From Spirochaetes bacterium ADurb.Bin218 (lineage in GTDB: Bacteria > Spirochaetota > UBA4802 > UBA5550): a stretch of DNA of 64,000 nt. The notes beneath the pieces were generated by a model. It searched no databases, was not told where the DNA came from, and saw nothing but the letters and a program-made list of their open reading frames with translations. Within the stretch, counting starts at the first letter, position 1. Each line of letters begins with the position of its first letter. Location: positions 6,910 through 70,909 of the forward strand of contig MWCI01000008.1 in assembly GCA_002069965.1 (NCBI GenBank), given 5' to 3'. Below, one piece after another: positions 27,963-37,200 of the stretch. The position numbers and the translations under genes were made by a program.

Positions 27963-29540
27963 TTAACTTTTTTTTAGATAAATTGTATTTGTAGGAAAAG
28001 GTATTTCTATGCCATGGGCATTTAGCGCCTTATAAATTATATCTGTAGCTTCTAACTTTTTATCATGCTGCTTTGAAAAATCAGGAATCCAAAATTTAGC
28101 AACAAAGTTCAAAGAAAAATCCCCCATCTCCACAAACTCTGCAACAGGTGCAGGCTCATCAAGTATTCCCTCTATAGCAGATATTGCAGAGACCACAACC
28201 TCTCTAACTTTATCTACATTACTCCCATAGGCAACAGAAAATTTTACAATAACTCGAATGCGTGGATCTGGCTGAACAAAGTTTTTAAATTTTTTGTTCA
28301 TCAACTCACCATTGGGGATTACAATTATTTCATTATCAAAGGTAAGTATCTTTGTATTGCGCAAGCCAACCTCTGTAATAAATCCAGTATCTCCATCAAT
28401 CGTAACCTTATCGCCAACAACAAAGGCGTTATCAAGTATCAGTATCACACCTCCAATAATATTAGATAGAGTGTCCTTGACAGCAAAGCCAATAGCAAAT
28501 CCGGCAATACCTAAGGATGTAACAAAAGGCGCAATATCAATATTAAATCTTGAAAGTATTATTATGAAAACCACAGAGAAAATAACAACTCTGATGCCTC
28601 TGCTAAAAAGAGGAACAAGGTCATGTTTTATCCTCGGGTTATCAACTTTCCCTCCCCAATATTTAAGCAATACATTGGATACACCAGATAGTATATAAGC
28701 AACAATAAGCATTATTAGTGAGTTTATTATCTCACTTACAACAACTATGCTTTCTGACTTAATATCAGATACATAAAGAGCTATTCTAAAACCTATTAAT
28801 ATTATTATATACTTTAATGGGCTTTGTAAGAGCTCAATAATCTCATCATCAAGTTCTGTTTTTGTTCTTGCAGTTACTCTTGAAAAAATAGAAATAACAA
28901 CCCTGGACATTATTACTGCACCAAAATAAAAAAACAAAGCCACAAAAAGAGCAAGCAACAGGGAATTATTGATAAATGAAAGCCCAATTCCCTTCAAAAA
29001 CTCAATCAAACCTTCAGCATGCTTTCTCTCTGGCAGAGAGCTTTGAAGAGGATTTTCTTTGAGAATATTTATCCTGATCCATTCATCTTTTTGTTGAGAA
29101 AAATTTTGAATGGAAGATAAAAATCTATCATCAATAATTCCTTCATAAATAGGAGCGCTGATTTCTTTGCCAGCAAAGTCAAAAACTTTTGTTTCAATAA
29201 TGATCTGCTTTTCATGCACAAGAAATCTTCCTGTCACTGCAAATTCAGCAGGATTATCTTTTAGTATAGATAAAATCAAAGCCTTATTATTAAAATAATC
29301 TTCGGAATAATTAGGGGGTGTAGAGTTAAAGCGAAGGTTAATAGCCTCATATCCTGATGTGCTTTTTAAATTTTTTGACATAACCTCAGGAATATAATGC
29401 TCCAGATACTTCATTTTGGAATCAGCATAATCATTAAAAGGTAAAAAGATAATTTTTCTAAGGTGCTGCTGTGAATCTTGGGCTGCAATAGCAGATAAAG
29501 AAAACAATATCAGAAAAAGTAATCTTAAAAACTTTCTCAT
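27963..29540 (-). CDS. MscS-family mechanosensitive channel with a large N-terminal periplasmic domain
   Basis: GGVILILDNAFVVGDKVTIDGDTGFITEVGLRNTKILTFDNEIIVIPNGEL is the MscS beta-domain signature. I moved the start to the ATG at 29540 (MRKFLRLLF signal peptide). The track extension overlaps the upstream gene. Confidence 0.85.
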   Translation of the reverse strand: MRKFLRLLFLILFSLSAIAAQDSQQHLRKIIFLPFNDYADSKMKYLEHYIPEVMSKNLKSTSGYEAINLRFNSTPPNYSEDYFNNKALILSILKDNPAEFAVTGRFLVHEKQIIIETKVFDFAGKEISAPIYEGIIDDRFLSSIQNFSQQKDEWIRINILKENPLQSSLPERKHAEGLIEFLKGIGLSFINNSLLLALFVALFFYFGAVIMSRVVISIFSRVTARTKTELDDEIIELLQSPLKYIIILIGFRIALYVSDIKSESIVVVSEIINSLIMLIVAYILSGVSNVLLKYWGGKVDNPRIKHDLVPLFSRGIRVVIFSVVFIIILSRFNIDIAPFVTSLGIAGFAIGFAVKDTLSNIIGGVILILDNAFVVGDKVTIDGDTGFITEVGLRNTKILTFDNEIIVIPNGELMNKKFKNFVQPDPRIRVIVKFSVAYGSNVDKVREVVVSAISAIEGILDEPAPVAEFVEMGDFSLNFVAKFWIPDFSKQHDKKLEATDIIYKALNAHGIEIPFPTNTIYLKKS

Positions 29541-29572
29541 TGAAACACTCCAAAAGATTATAAAATTATTCT

Positions 29573-30250
29573 CTACAGACTTCCACGGCGGTGTTTCCAC
29601 TCTATTGCATAATGGGTAAGCTCTGCACTGTTTGCTATATTGAGCTTTGTTTTAATCCTGAGTTTATGAGCCTCTACTGTCTTTATGCTTATATTCATAA
29701 GCTTTGCAATATCACCTGTCTTTTTTCCTTCAGATATATAGCGAAAGAGTTCAAACTCCCTGTCACTTAAAGTCTGAACAAGGGCATATTCATCGTCAGA
29801 ACTTTTTGTCACAACATTATGTATAAGCCGTGAGGTCATATCCTCACTCAAATAAAGATTGCCCTTTATAACAGTGCGTAGAGCCTTTATTATGTTATCC
29901 ATGAGATCGTTTTTCATTACATAGCCTCTGGCTCCTGCCTTAATTGCTCTTTCTGCATAAAGACTCTCGTCATGCATTGATAGCACTATGCACTTAATCT
30001 TAGGGTATCTCTTTTTAAGCCCCTTTATAAGCTCTATACCATTTGTTGTACCTTTTAAAGAAATATCAACCACAAGGATATCTGGTTCATCCTTTTCTAT
30101 CAGTCGCAAAGCTGTATCAGCATCAGGAGCAGAGGCAATTACCTTCATGTCTGGCTCTCTATCAATAAGCTGTTGAATACCACTTGCCACAACAGGATGA
30201 TCATCCACTATAATAATGCTTGACATCTTAGTATTATTATTTTTTTTCAT
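29573..30250 (-). CDS. NarL/LuxR-family response regulator
   Basis: REC domain (IIIVDDHPVV, DILVVDISL, K in VLSMHDE region) plus a LuxR HTH (LSDREFELFRYISEGKKTGDIAKLMNISIKTVEAHKLRI). Confidence 0.9.
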   Translation of the reverse strand: MKKNNNTKMSSIIIVDDHPVVASGIQQLIDREPDMKVIASAPDADTALRLIEKDEPDILVVDISLKGTTNGIELIKGLKKRYPKIKCIVLSMHDESLYAERAIKAGARGYVMKNDLMDNIIKALRTVIKGNLYLSEDMTSRLIHNVVTKSSDDEYALVQTLSDREFELFRYISEGKKTGDIAKLMNISIKTVEAHKLRIKTKLNIANSAELTHYAIEWKHRRGSL

Positions 30251-32103
30251 AGCTCCCCCCTAATTGTTTTTTTATAAAGAAAGCTACATTCAACCGATGT
30301 TCCTCCATCAGGATTTTTATTTATAGTAAGAGTCCCACTGATTGACCTTGCTCTATACTTCATTATTTCAAGACCTGCACCACTTAAATCACCCTCTCTA
30401 AATAAAAATCCCTTACCGTTATCTGATATCCTCACTGTTATATTATCCTTATTGCGAAACATAGAGATCTTGATCTCAGAACATCCTGAATGTTTTATAG
30501 CATTCATTACAGATTCTTCAATTATGTAATACAATTCCTTTATTACATGTTCATCCTGTATATCAATGTCTGGATCAATATCAAATATGCACCTCACATC
30601 GCAATTTTTGGATATAATAAGAGAAACAGCATCAATCATCTCTGTAAATTCAAGTCCATAATTTTTATATGGGATAAGACCATGGGATAATTCCCTCACC
30701 TTATCAATGCATATTCTTATACTCTTCTCAATGTCAAGAATCTCAGAAGATAATTCAGTGGATATGGGTCGAAGCCTATCAGAAAGAAGTCGTGACTTAA
30801 TGGCAACAGCAAGGAGATCATGGCCAAGTTCATCATGCAAAGAAATACCAACCCGCTTTCTTTCATTATGCATAACCTCAAGAATTTTTGTCTCCAGCTG
30901 GACTCTCTCTGTAATATCAGAGGCACTCATAACAACTCCCTTAACTCCATTATCTCCAAAATCAGGATGGAAAGAAGCCTCTATAAGCCTTATATCATCG
31001 TCCTTTTTAAACCAGAATTCAGTTTTAACCATCTGGCCTGACATAGAAGATTTTATATCATAAAAAAATTTATCTGACCCTGGATCACTGCCCATAGCCT
31101 TGCTAAAAAAATTTAAAATGTTCTCTTCTCCTTTGCTGCCTTGCAAAAAAAAGCTATCAAAACTTTCACTTGTAGACTTTATAAAACCATTAGCATCAAA
31201 ATAAGCAAGCATACCAGAAGATTTGGAAACAATCATGGATGCTATTTCGTATTTTCCATAGGTCTTTTTCTTCTCATAAAGATTTGTTATAAGCTCCCCT
31301 GATACTTTAATTATGGCCTCTATAAAAGGTGTAAGTTGAGTTATCTTCTTCTTGGAGACAAAACCAAGATATCCAAATTTCAATTTATTCAATCCCAATG
31401 GTATTATCACAGCAGAAACTACACCATCAGAAAAAACATCCCTGTAAGAGGTGTTGGAATGATACTTTATCTTAGTAACATCTGATATTAAAATTATGTC
31501 ATCTTTCTTAATTCTCTTAAGAACAGAAGGAAGATACTCGCTTTTAATACAATCAATTGTTGGAGTAAAATCACTATCACAACAATCATACTCAAAATAA
31601 ACATAACCGTTATTTTTTATAATTGCCACAAAAACCCTATCTGCAGCAGAAAAATTTTTTATCAAAGATAGAATTTTGCCAATCTGAGTATCTGTATCCG
31701 AGGCTGGAATATTAATTGATTCCAGTGCAAGCTTAGATATAAGAGAATCAAAATGAAATAGAGAATCCTTGAAATCCTCAAAGATAAAATCATCGGTTTT
31801 GTCTTCGGAGATTACTATTTTAAGAGACGGCATGCCCTTAGGCGATGATGATATTATTCTGTGCTCAAAGAGAATTTCCCTTTTTCCCTTTTTTATCTTA
31901 CTCCTTATTGAACCAGAAGTGGATTTTTGAAAAAAATTCTCATCAACCTCAAAGAGGCTATGGAGTTTACTCCGCATTAAACTTTTACCAAAAAATTTTT
32001 TTGCAGACTCATTGTACCACAATATAGAATTACTCTCATCAATAACAAATATAAAGTACCCGGAAAGCTTTTTAAAATGCTCAAACAGCTGACCATCTTT
32101 CAT
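30247..32103 (-). CDS. PAS/GAF sensor histidine kinase (HisKA_3 / NarX-type)
   Basis: H-box ISLHDELGHDLLAVAIK and ATPase motifs NAIKHSG, DNGKGF, GAGLEIMKYRA. I moved the start to the ATG at 32103 (MKDGQLF), 5 nt after the preceding stop. The stop overlaps the response-regulator start. Confidence 0.85.
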   Translation of the reverse strand: MKDGQLFEHFKKLSGYFIFVIDESNSILWYNESAKKFFGKSLMRSKLHSLFEVDENFFQKSTSGSIRSKIKKGKREILFEHRIISSSPKGMPSLKIVISEDKTDDFIFEDFKDSLFHFDSLISKLALESINIPASDTDTQIGKILSLIKNFSAADRVFVAIIKNNGYVYFEYDCCDSDFTPTIDCIKSEYLPSVLKRIKKDDIILISDVTKIKYHSNTSYRDVFSDGVVSAVIIPLGLNKLKFGYLGFVSKKKITQLTPFIEAIIKVSGELITNLYEKKKTYGKYEIASMIVSKSSGMLAYFDANGFIKSTSESFDSFFLQGSKGEENILNFFSKAMGSDPGSDKFFYDIKSSMSGQMVKTEFWFKKDDDIRLIEASFHPDFGDNGVKGVVMSASDITERVQLETKILEVMHNERKRVGISLHDELGHDLLAVAIKSRLLSDRLRPISTELSSEILDIEKSIRICIDKVRELSHGLIPYKNYGLEFTEMIDAVSLIISKNCDVRCIFDIDPDIDIQDEHVIKELYYIIEESVMNAIKHSGCSEIKISMFRNKDNITVRISDNGKGFLFREGDLSGAGLEIMKYRARSISGTLTINKNPDGGTSVECSFLYKKTIRGEL

Positions 32104-32108
32104 AGAAG

Positions 32109-32558
32109 TTAAATCTCTCTGTCTATTGCTGTGCCAGACATAGCATCCATTGGACATGCCATTTTGCATAAACCACAGGCAACACATTTATCAGGAAAAA
32201 ACTCAACCTCCATGGTCTCTCTGTTAATCTTGAGAGCATCAACTCTGCACACAGCAGTGCAGGCTCCACAGTGAACGCATTTAGTCTCATCCCTTTTTAT
32301 CATATCTGCAAGGATCTGAAGCTCAACACCCTCAGATGTAAAATAATTCACTGTTTTATCAATCTGCTCATCAGTTCCTCGTAGTTCAAGAATTATGCGG
32401 CCTTCCTGCTTGGGAAAAATCTTTGCCTCAAGGACATTGAATATAACATCAAAATCCTTTGCTATCCTGTATATTATTGGTTTATACATGATCTCTTTTT
32501 TAAAAATCAAAAGAACATTCACTGACTTCATAAAAACCTCATGGCATATAAATTTCAC
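32109..32558 (-). CDS. NIL-domain / 2x[4Fe-4S] ferredoxin fusion (homocysteine-pathway partner)
   Basis: NIL-like region IIYRIAKDFDVIFNVLEAKIF...ILELRG followed by CVHCGACTAVC and CVACGLCKMACP cluster motifs. Confidence 0.8.
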   Translation of the reverse strand: MKFICHEVFMKSVNVLLIFKKEIMYKPIIYRIAKDFDVIFNVLEAKIFPKQEGRIILELRGTDEQIDKTVNYFTSEGVELQILADMIKRDETKCVHCGACTAVCRVDALKINRETMEVEFFPDKCVACGLCKMACPMDAMSGTAIDREI

Positions 32559-33286
32559 TCATCAAAGGGCGAGCAAAACTCCACACTTCCCTTTGCAGCT
32601 AACACATCTCTATAAACTATAACACATCCCATGACACCTTCAATTGACATTGCATAATCAATAGCATGTTCCATGGAATGCTCATCCTGAACAATATTAC
32701 ATGCTCCTGTAGCAACAGCATCAGCAAGAGCACCATTCTCTGCAATTACCGTAACAGCATCTGCCTTGCCAAAACTAAGAGAGTGACCAAGAGTTCCACT
32801 GGAGGTGCACAGAGAGCATGGAGTTTCTTCTGGAGATATCCAGAGCCATAACTTATCTTTAAAGTATAAATTATGAGTGTAAATCCCTGCAATGGCTGGA
32901 GATAAAAGCCTCATCCATGTATCACCACCATTTTCAACTATGACTTCTCTGGAAAATTTAAGCAACTCCTTGCCTGTATATTCTGCAATTGCACCAGCTA
33001 CTGCAGCCATTGGTCCAACTCCTGCAAGCATCCCTGCCTCATACATATCCACAATGATAGGATGCAAATTCCCATCATAGTTAAGAGGCTTAAGAGAATA
33101 TAAAAACTCATCCCTCTCCTTGATGTGATTTTCAATCTCCACTCTCAATTCATGAACCTTTAAATAGGCTTCATTATAGAGATTCCTCTCGGCAGCTATA
33201 TGTAAATCTGTTGTATCAAGCTTCACATTAAAAACAACATTTCTTTCACTGCTTTGAGATCTATAAAATCTACTCTTGTAATTCAT
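32555..33286 (-). CDS. UPF0280 / COG2122 ApbE-like protein
   Basis: 243 aa. VGPMAAVAGAIAEYTG and GALADAVATG regions resemble the ApbE-like UPF0280 family. The gene is tightly packed between the COG1900 and NIL-ferredoxin genes. Confidence 0.6.
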   Translation of the reverse strand: MNYKSRFYRSQSSERNVVFNVKLDTTDLHIAAERNLYNEAYLKVHELRVEIENHIKERDEFLYSLKPLNYDGNLHPIIVDMYEAGMLAGVGPMAAVAGAIAEYTGKELLKFSREVIVENGGDTWMRLLSPAIAGIYTHNLYFKDKLWLWISPEETPCSLCTSSGTLGHSLSFGKADAVTVIAENGALADAVATGACNIVQDEHSMEHAIDYAMSIEGVMGCVIVYRDVLAAKGSVEFCSPFDE

Positions 33287-34468
33287 CTACTTCTTACTAA
33301 AAGGCACTGTTGGCATCTGGATCTGAGGCACTCCAATGGTAAATCCATTTTTTACCCACTCCTTAAGTATCAAAGCAATTTGCCTTGCCTTTGGATAACT
33401 CGACAAAGGAGAAGAAGGTATGGTTTTACCACGAAAATTAACATAGCCAGATTTAAGCTCAGCATAAGTAACCTCTCCAAGAGATCTGGGATTGCCATCA
33501 GGATAATCAATGCCATAATCAATTATCTGAGCCTTAATATCACTATCAGAGAGGCCTGTAAAAAAAGCAAGGTCCTCGTTCAATATTGGAATAGGTATAC
33601 CAATCCCAACCATGAGAGAACAGCCATATCCTGTAATTGAGGCACCACGAATAAAATCACTGCTCATCTGTTTCATATCTCCACAAACTGCAATTGTGCC
33701 AGCACCTTCCCTTACCATGCCATTTTCATCTCTCATAGCATCAGGGCTATGTTGAGTCCCATGCCATGTCACAGCCCCAACAGCGCCACCAAGAAAAATT
33801 TTTGTCCCAGTCCCTATTGTCCAGTAAAAGGGATCATTTAGCAGAGGGCTTAGCTGGCCTGCACTTGAATAGGTAATATTGCCCATCTCTGGCTTAAGTA
33901 TTCCCATATAGGTATATATTATTCGCTTTGAAAGATTAACAGCTACATTATAGTTCTGATAGGCATTCCTTGGATTATACAATATGGCATTGCGCAGATC
34001 ATTAATTGTAATTGTCTTTTCAAATTCCTTAAGAGGATAGCAATCAGTTCCATAACTCTTTGCTTTTAGTTTTACCTGCCTACCTGCAATTAAATCTTCA
34101 ATAACATGACCACCACCATATTTAAATGCACCTGGATGGACCATATTAAGAGGATCATCGTCTCTCACCTGAGTGGCACCAATATAACAATCAACAGCAG
34201 CTATTCCACCATAGGCCTCAACATCATTAAGCCAAACTTTCGAGGCTCTCATTCGCGGTTTGGTATGCCCAAAATTAAGAAAAGCACCAGAGGAGCACAT
34301 TATACCAAAGGTTCCTGTAGTAACAACATCAACCTTTTCAAAGGCCTTTTTTACCCCCTCTGACTTTACAATCTCTGGCATTTCCTCTGCAGTTACAACA
34401 ACAGCCTTGCCTTCCTTAATTTTTTTATTTATTTCCTCATAGCTCTTTTTTATCTCTATGTTGCTCAT
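33287..34468 (-). CDS. COG1900/DUF39 homocysteine biosynthesis protein (sulfide-dependent, from aspartate semialdehyde)
   Basis: 393 aa. VVTTGTFGIMCSSGAFLNFGH and the later GASITGYGCSLMVGIGIPIP resemble DUF39. The gene context with NIL-ferredoxin and COG2122 is characteristic. Confidence 0.75.
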   Translation of the reverse strand: MSNIEIKKSYEEINKKIKEGKAVVVTAEEMPEIVKSEGVKKAFEKVDVVTTGTFGIMCSSGAFLNFGHTKPRMRASKVWLNDVEAYGGIAAVDCYIGATQVRDDDPLNMVHPGAFKYGGGHVIEDLIAGRQVKLKAKSYGTDCYPLKEFEKTITINDLRNAILYNPRNAYQNYNVAVNLSKRIIYTYMGILKPEMGNITYSSAGQLSPLLNDPFYWTIGTGTKIFLGGAVGAVTWHGTQHSPDAMRDENGMVREGAGTIAVCGDMKQMSSDFIRGASITGYGCSLMVGIGIPIPILNEDLAFFTGLSDSDIKAQIIDYGIDYPDGNPRSLGEVTYAELKSGYVNFRGKTIPSSPLSSYPKARQIALILKEWVKNGFTIGVPQIQMPTVPFSKK

Positions 34469-34694
34469 TAGTCCCTCATAACAATTTTATTTACAAAAGT
34501 TTAAAAGCTTAAACTCCTTTTTAATCGAATTGATTAAAATTAAGCAATAAGGCAGTTAAAATCTCTAATACGGCTTAAATGCAAGATAATAATCTTCAAG
34601 TATTTTTTTATGATAATTTCAATTTTAAAAATCTTGACTGTTGACTACACTGTGATAATCTTAAAAAAAGAAAACTCAAACTTAAGGAAAAGTC

Positions 34695-36254
34695 ATGCAC
34701 AAAATAAAACTCATACTTATCATTTTACTGCTATCATCAGGGATTTCCTTTGGTCAAACAATAGGAGATACAGAATCAATTACTCCTGAAAAGGCCTATA
34801 TTTTTATAAAAACACGGAATATTCAGCGGCTCCTTAAATCCTTCAATTATATAATATATCATATTCTTGGTGAAGAAGAAAGGGATTCTATAATCTCCCA
34901 AAGGGATGCCTTTAAAGATATAACAGGAATAGATTACCTAAATGAAGAGTCACTTAAAAGCTTTGGCATAGATACAGGCCGTTCCTTATCCTATGCAATT
35001 TTTCCTCAAGATACAGGCAGAGAGGTTATAGCACTTTTTATACCTGTAAAAAATGGAATAGCCTTTACAGAAAAATTTATAGAGATAGCCAGGCGTTATA
35101 TTCAAGAGATAGAACCTCACTCTGTTCAATATAAAGATATAACAGTAACAGAGTTAAAGGAGGATATGTATGTTGCCTTTCTAAATAACTATTTTGTAAT
35201 TACCTCAACAGATGATTGTATAAAAGAAATAATAGATATTCACAGGGAACGCAATAGATCTCTTATATTAAATCCAAAATACAAAAAATATATTGCCGAA
35301 GGAAAAAATAACTTTGATGTAAACATTTATATATCACCAGCTATTGCCAATAGTATTAACATCACACAAAAAGACAATATTGATGATACAACAGAAAACA
35401 CCTATGACTCTGAATTAATACTCAATGCTGTTGAGTATATATCTGCTGGATTTGGAATTGAAGACAATACCTTAAAAATGAAAGGGGCTCTTTTGTTTGC
35501 AGAGGATAACCCTTATGTTGATATGATACTTGGTCTTTTAAAGACAGGACAAAACCAGAAGGCTCTGGATGTAAATGCAGATTCATATATATTTATCTCA
35601 CTTAACTACAAATATTTAAACAATCTATGCAAGAGCAATGCTCCATTTTGCGAAACATATAACAGCTTCAAGAAAAACATCAAAGATGAGGGAAAAATAG
35701 ATTTTGAAAAGGAAATACTCCCATATTTTAGTGGCATGACAAATGTATTTCTAATAGACTCAGGCAGCAGTATAATAGGAGATATAGCAATATTTCTGGC
35801 AATTGATGATGCTCAAAAAAGTGAAGAGCTATGGAAAAAGTTCAAAAATTCAGTCCAGGGGCGCTATAGTAAAAATAAAAAGTTTGGAGAAGAGAGAATA
35901 GATGGTAGAAACTCCTTCTGGTATATTGATCAAAACAATATAAGATATTTTGTGACCTTTGACAAAAGAGGAATATACACAGGCAACAATGTAAACCTCA
36001 TAAAAAACGCTCTTAAGGCTAAAACATTTGAAAAAAATAACCTACAGACCTCTAATGTTCCTCTTAATGATAAGACATTTTTCTTTATGAATATCAAAAA
36101 AAATCCTTTTCTTAGAAATATGCTCCTAATGAGATCTCAAGATTCGGCAGCAATAGCTCCATTCCTTTCAAAACTTAAAGAGATGAATATATTCTGCGAA
36201 AAATTAGACAGACACATTTCCATAGGAATAGATATAGAATTAAAAGGGAATTAA
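34695..36254 (+). CDS. Secreted hypothetical protein
   Basis: 519-aa ORF with a signal peptide (KLILIILLLSSGISFG). No motif recognised. Confidence 0.6.
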   Translation: MHKIKLILIILLLSSGISFGQTIGDTESITPEKAYIFIKTRNIQRLLKSFNYIIYHILGEEERDSIISQRDAFKDITGIDYLNEESLKSFGIDTGRSLSYAIFPQDTGREVIALFIPVKNGIAFTEKFIEIARRYIQEIEPHSVQYKDITVTELKEDMYVAFLNNYFVITSTDDCIKEIIDIHRERNRSLILNPKYKKYIAEGKNNFDVNIYISPAIANSINITQKDNIDDTTENTYDSELILNAVEYISAGFGIEDNTLKMKGALLFAEDNPYVDMILGLLKTGQNQKALDVNADSYIFISLNYKYLNNLCKSNAPFCETYNSFKKNIKDEGKIDFEKEILPYFSGMTNVFLIDSGSSIIGDIAIFLAIDDAQKSEELWKKFKNSVQGRYSKNKKFGEERIDGRNSFWYIDQNNIRYFVTFDKRGIYTGNNVNLIKNALKAKTFEKNNLQTSNVPLNDKTFFFMNIKKNPFLRNMLLMRSQDSAAIAPFLSKLKEMNIFCEKLDRHISIGIDIELKGN

Positions 36255-36260
36255 GTAAAA

Positions 36261-37199
36261 ATGAAATACATATTTGGGCCTGTAAAATCACGAAGGCTTG
36301 GGAAATCCCTTGGAGTAGATATTGTCCCATATAAGCTTTGTTCCCTGAACTGCGTATATTGTGAATGTGGAAGAACAACAGATCTCACCACAGAGATAAA
36401 AGACTATGTTCCTGTAGGTGATGTTATAGAGGAGCTGGATAGTTTTCTTCAAAGATCTCCAGATCTGGATGTTATAACATTTTCAGGATCTGGAGAGCCA
36501 ACTTTAAACAAATCTATAGACATCTTCATAAACCATCTAAAATCAAAATATAGCCAATACAAAGTAGCAGTATTAACAAACAGCACACTGCTATATATGC
36601 CAGAGATAAGAAAAAAAATATCTCAGGCAGATATGATATTCCCATCCCTTGATGCTGTAAGCAGTCAGGTTTTTGAAAAAATGCTTAGACCAGCAAAGGG
36701 AGTAACACCAGAGCAGATAATTGAAGGATTGATTGCACTGCGCAAAGAATATAAAGGAAAAATTTTTTTAGAAATATTTATAATAGAGGGATTAAACGAT
36801 ACGGAATCTGAACTAAAACTTTTAAAAGAAGCATCTATCAAAATCAACCCTGATGAAATTCACATAAATAGCCTTGACAGGGATTCTGCCGAAAAATGGG
36901 TCACAGAGGCAAGGATGAATAGGCTGCAGGAGATAAAAGAATTTTTTGCACCACTTCCTTCAAAGATTATAGCAAAAGCTCAAGATAAAAAAACAAATCA
37001 CTACAGGGTCTCAGAGGAACTCCAAAGCAAAATACTAAACTCCATTACCTCACTTCCAAAAAGTTTAGAAGAGATCTCAACTCTAACAGATGCAAGAGTT
37101 GCTGATATAATAAAAGCTGCAAAAGAGCTTGAAAAGCAAGGTCTTGCCGGACTGAAAGAAGACAGGGAGTCCGGCAAATTATTTATTTTTAAACTTTAA
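36261..37199 (+). CDS. Radical SAM protein
   Basis: GPVKSRRLGKSLGVDIVPYKLCSLNCVYCECG carries the CxxxCxxC cluster motif. GSGEPTL is also present. The C-terminal ~70 aa look like a winged-helix domain. Confidence 0.8.
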   Translation: MKYIFGPVKSRRLGKSLGVDIVPYKLCSLNCVYCECGRTTDLTTEIKDYVPVGDVIEELDSFLQRSPDLDVITFSGSGEPTLNKSIDIFINHLKSKYSQYKVAVLTNSTLLYMPEIRKKISQADMIFPSLDAVSSQVFEKMLRPAKGVTPEQIIEGLIALRKEYKGKIFLEIFIIEGLNDTESELKLLKEASIKINPDEIHINSLDRDSAEKWVTEARMNRLQEIKEFFAPLPSKIIAKAQDKKTNHYRVSEELQSKILNSITSLPKSLEEISTLTDARVADIIKAAKELEKQGLAGLKEDRESGKLFIFKL

Positions 37200-37200
37200 G

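Noticed and set aside
32104-32187. N-terminal extensions of the histidine kinase (to 32187) and of MscS (29541-29600) overlap the upstream genes.
   Set aside because: Internal ATGs at 32103 and 29540 give a compact non-overlapping arrangement. For MscS, that start also gives a proper signal peptide. The extensions encode implausible Cys/Trp-rich peptides.
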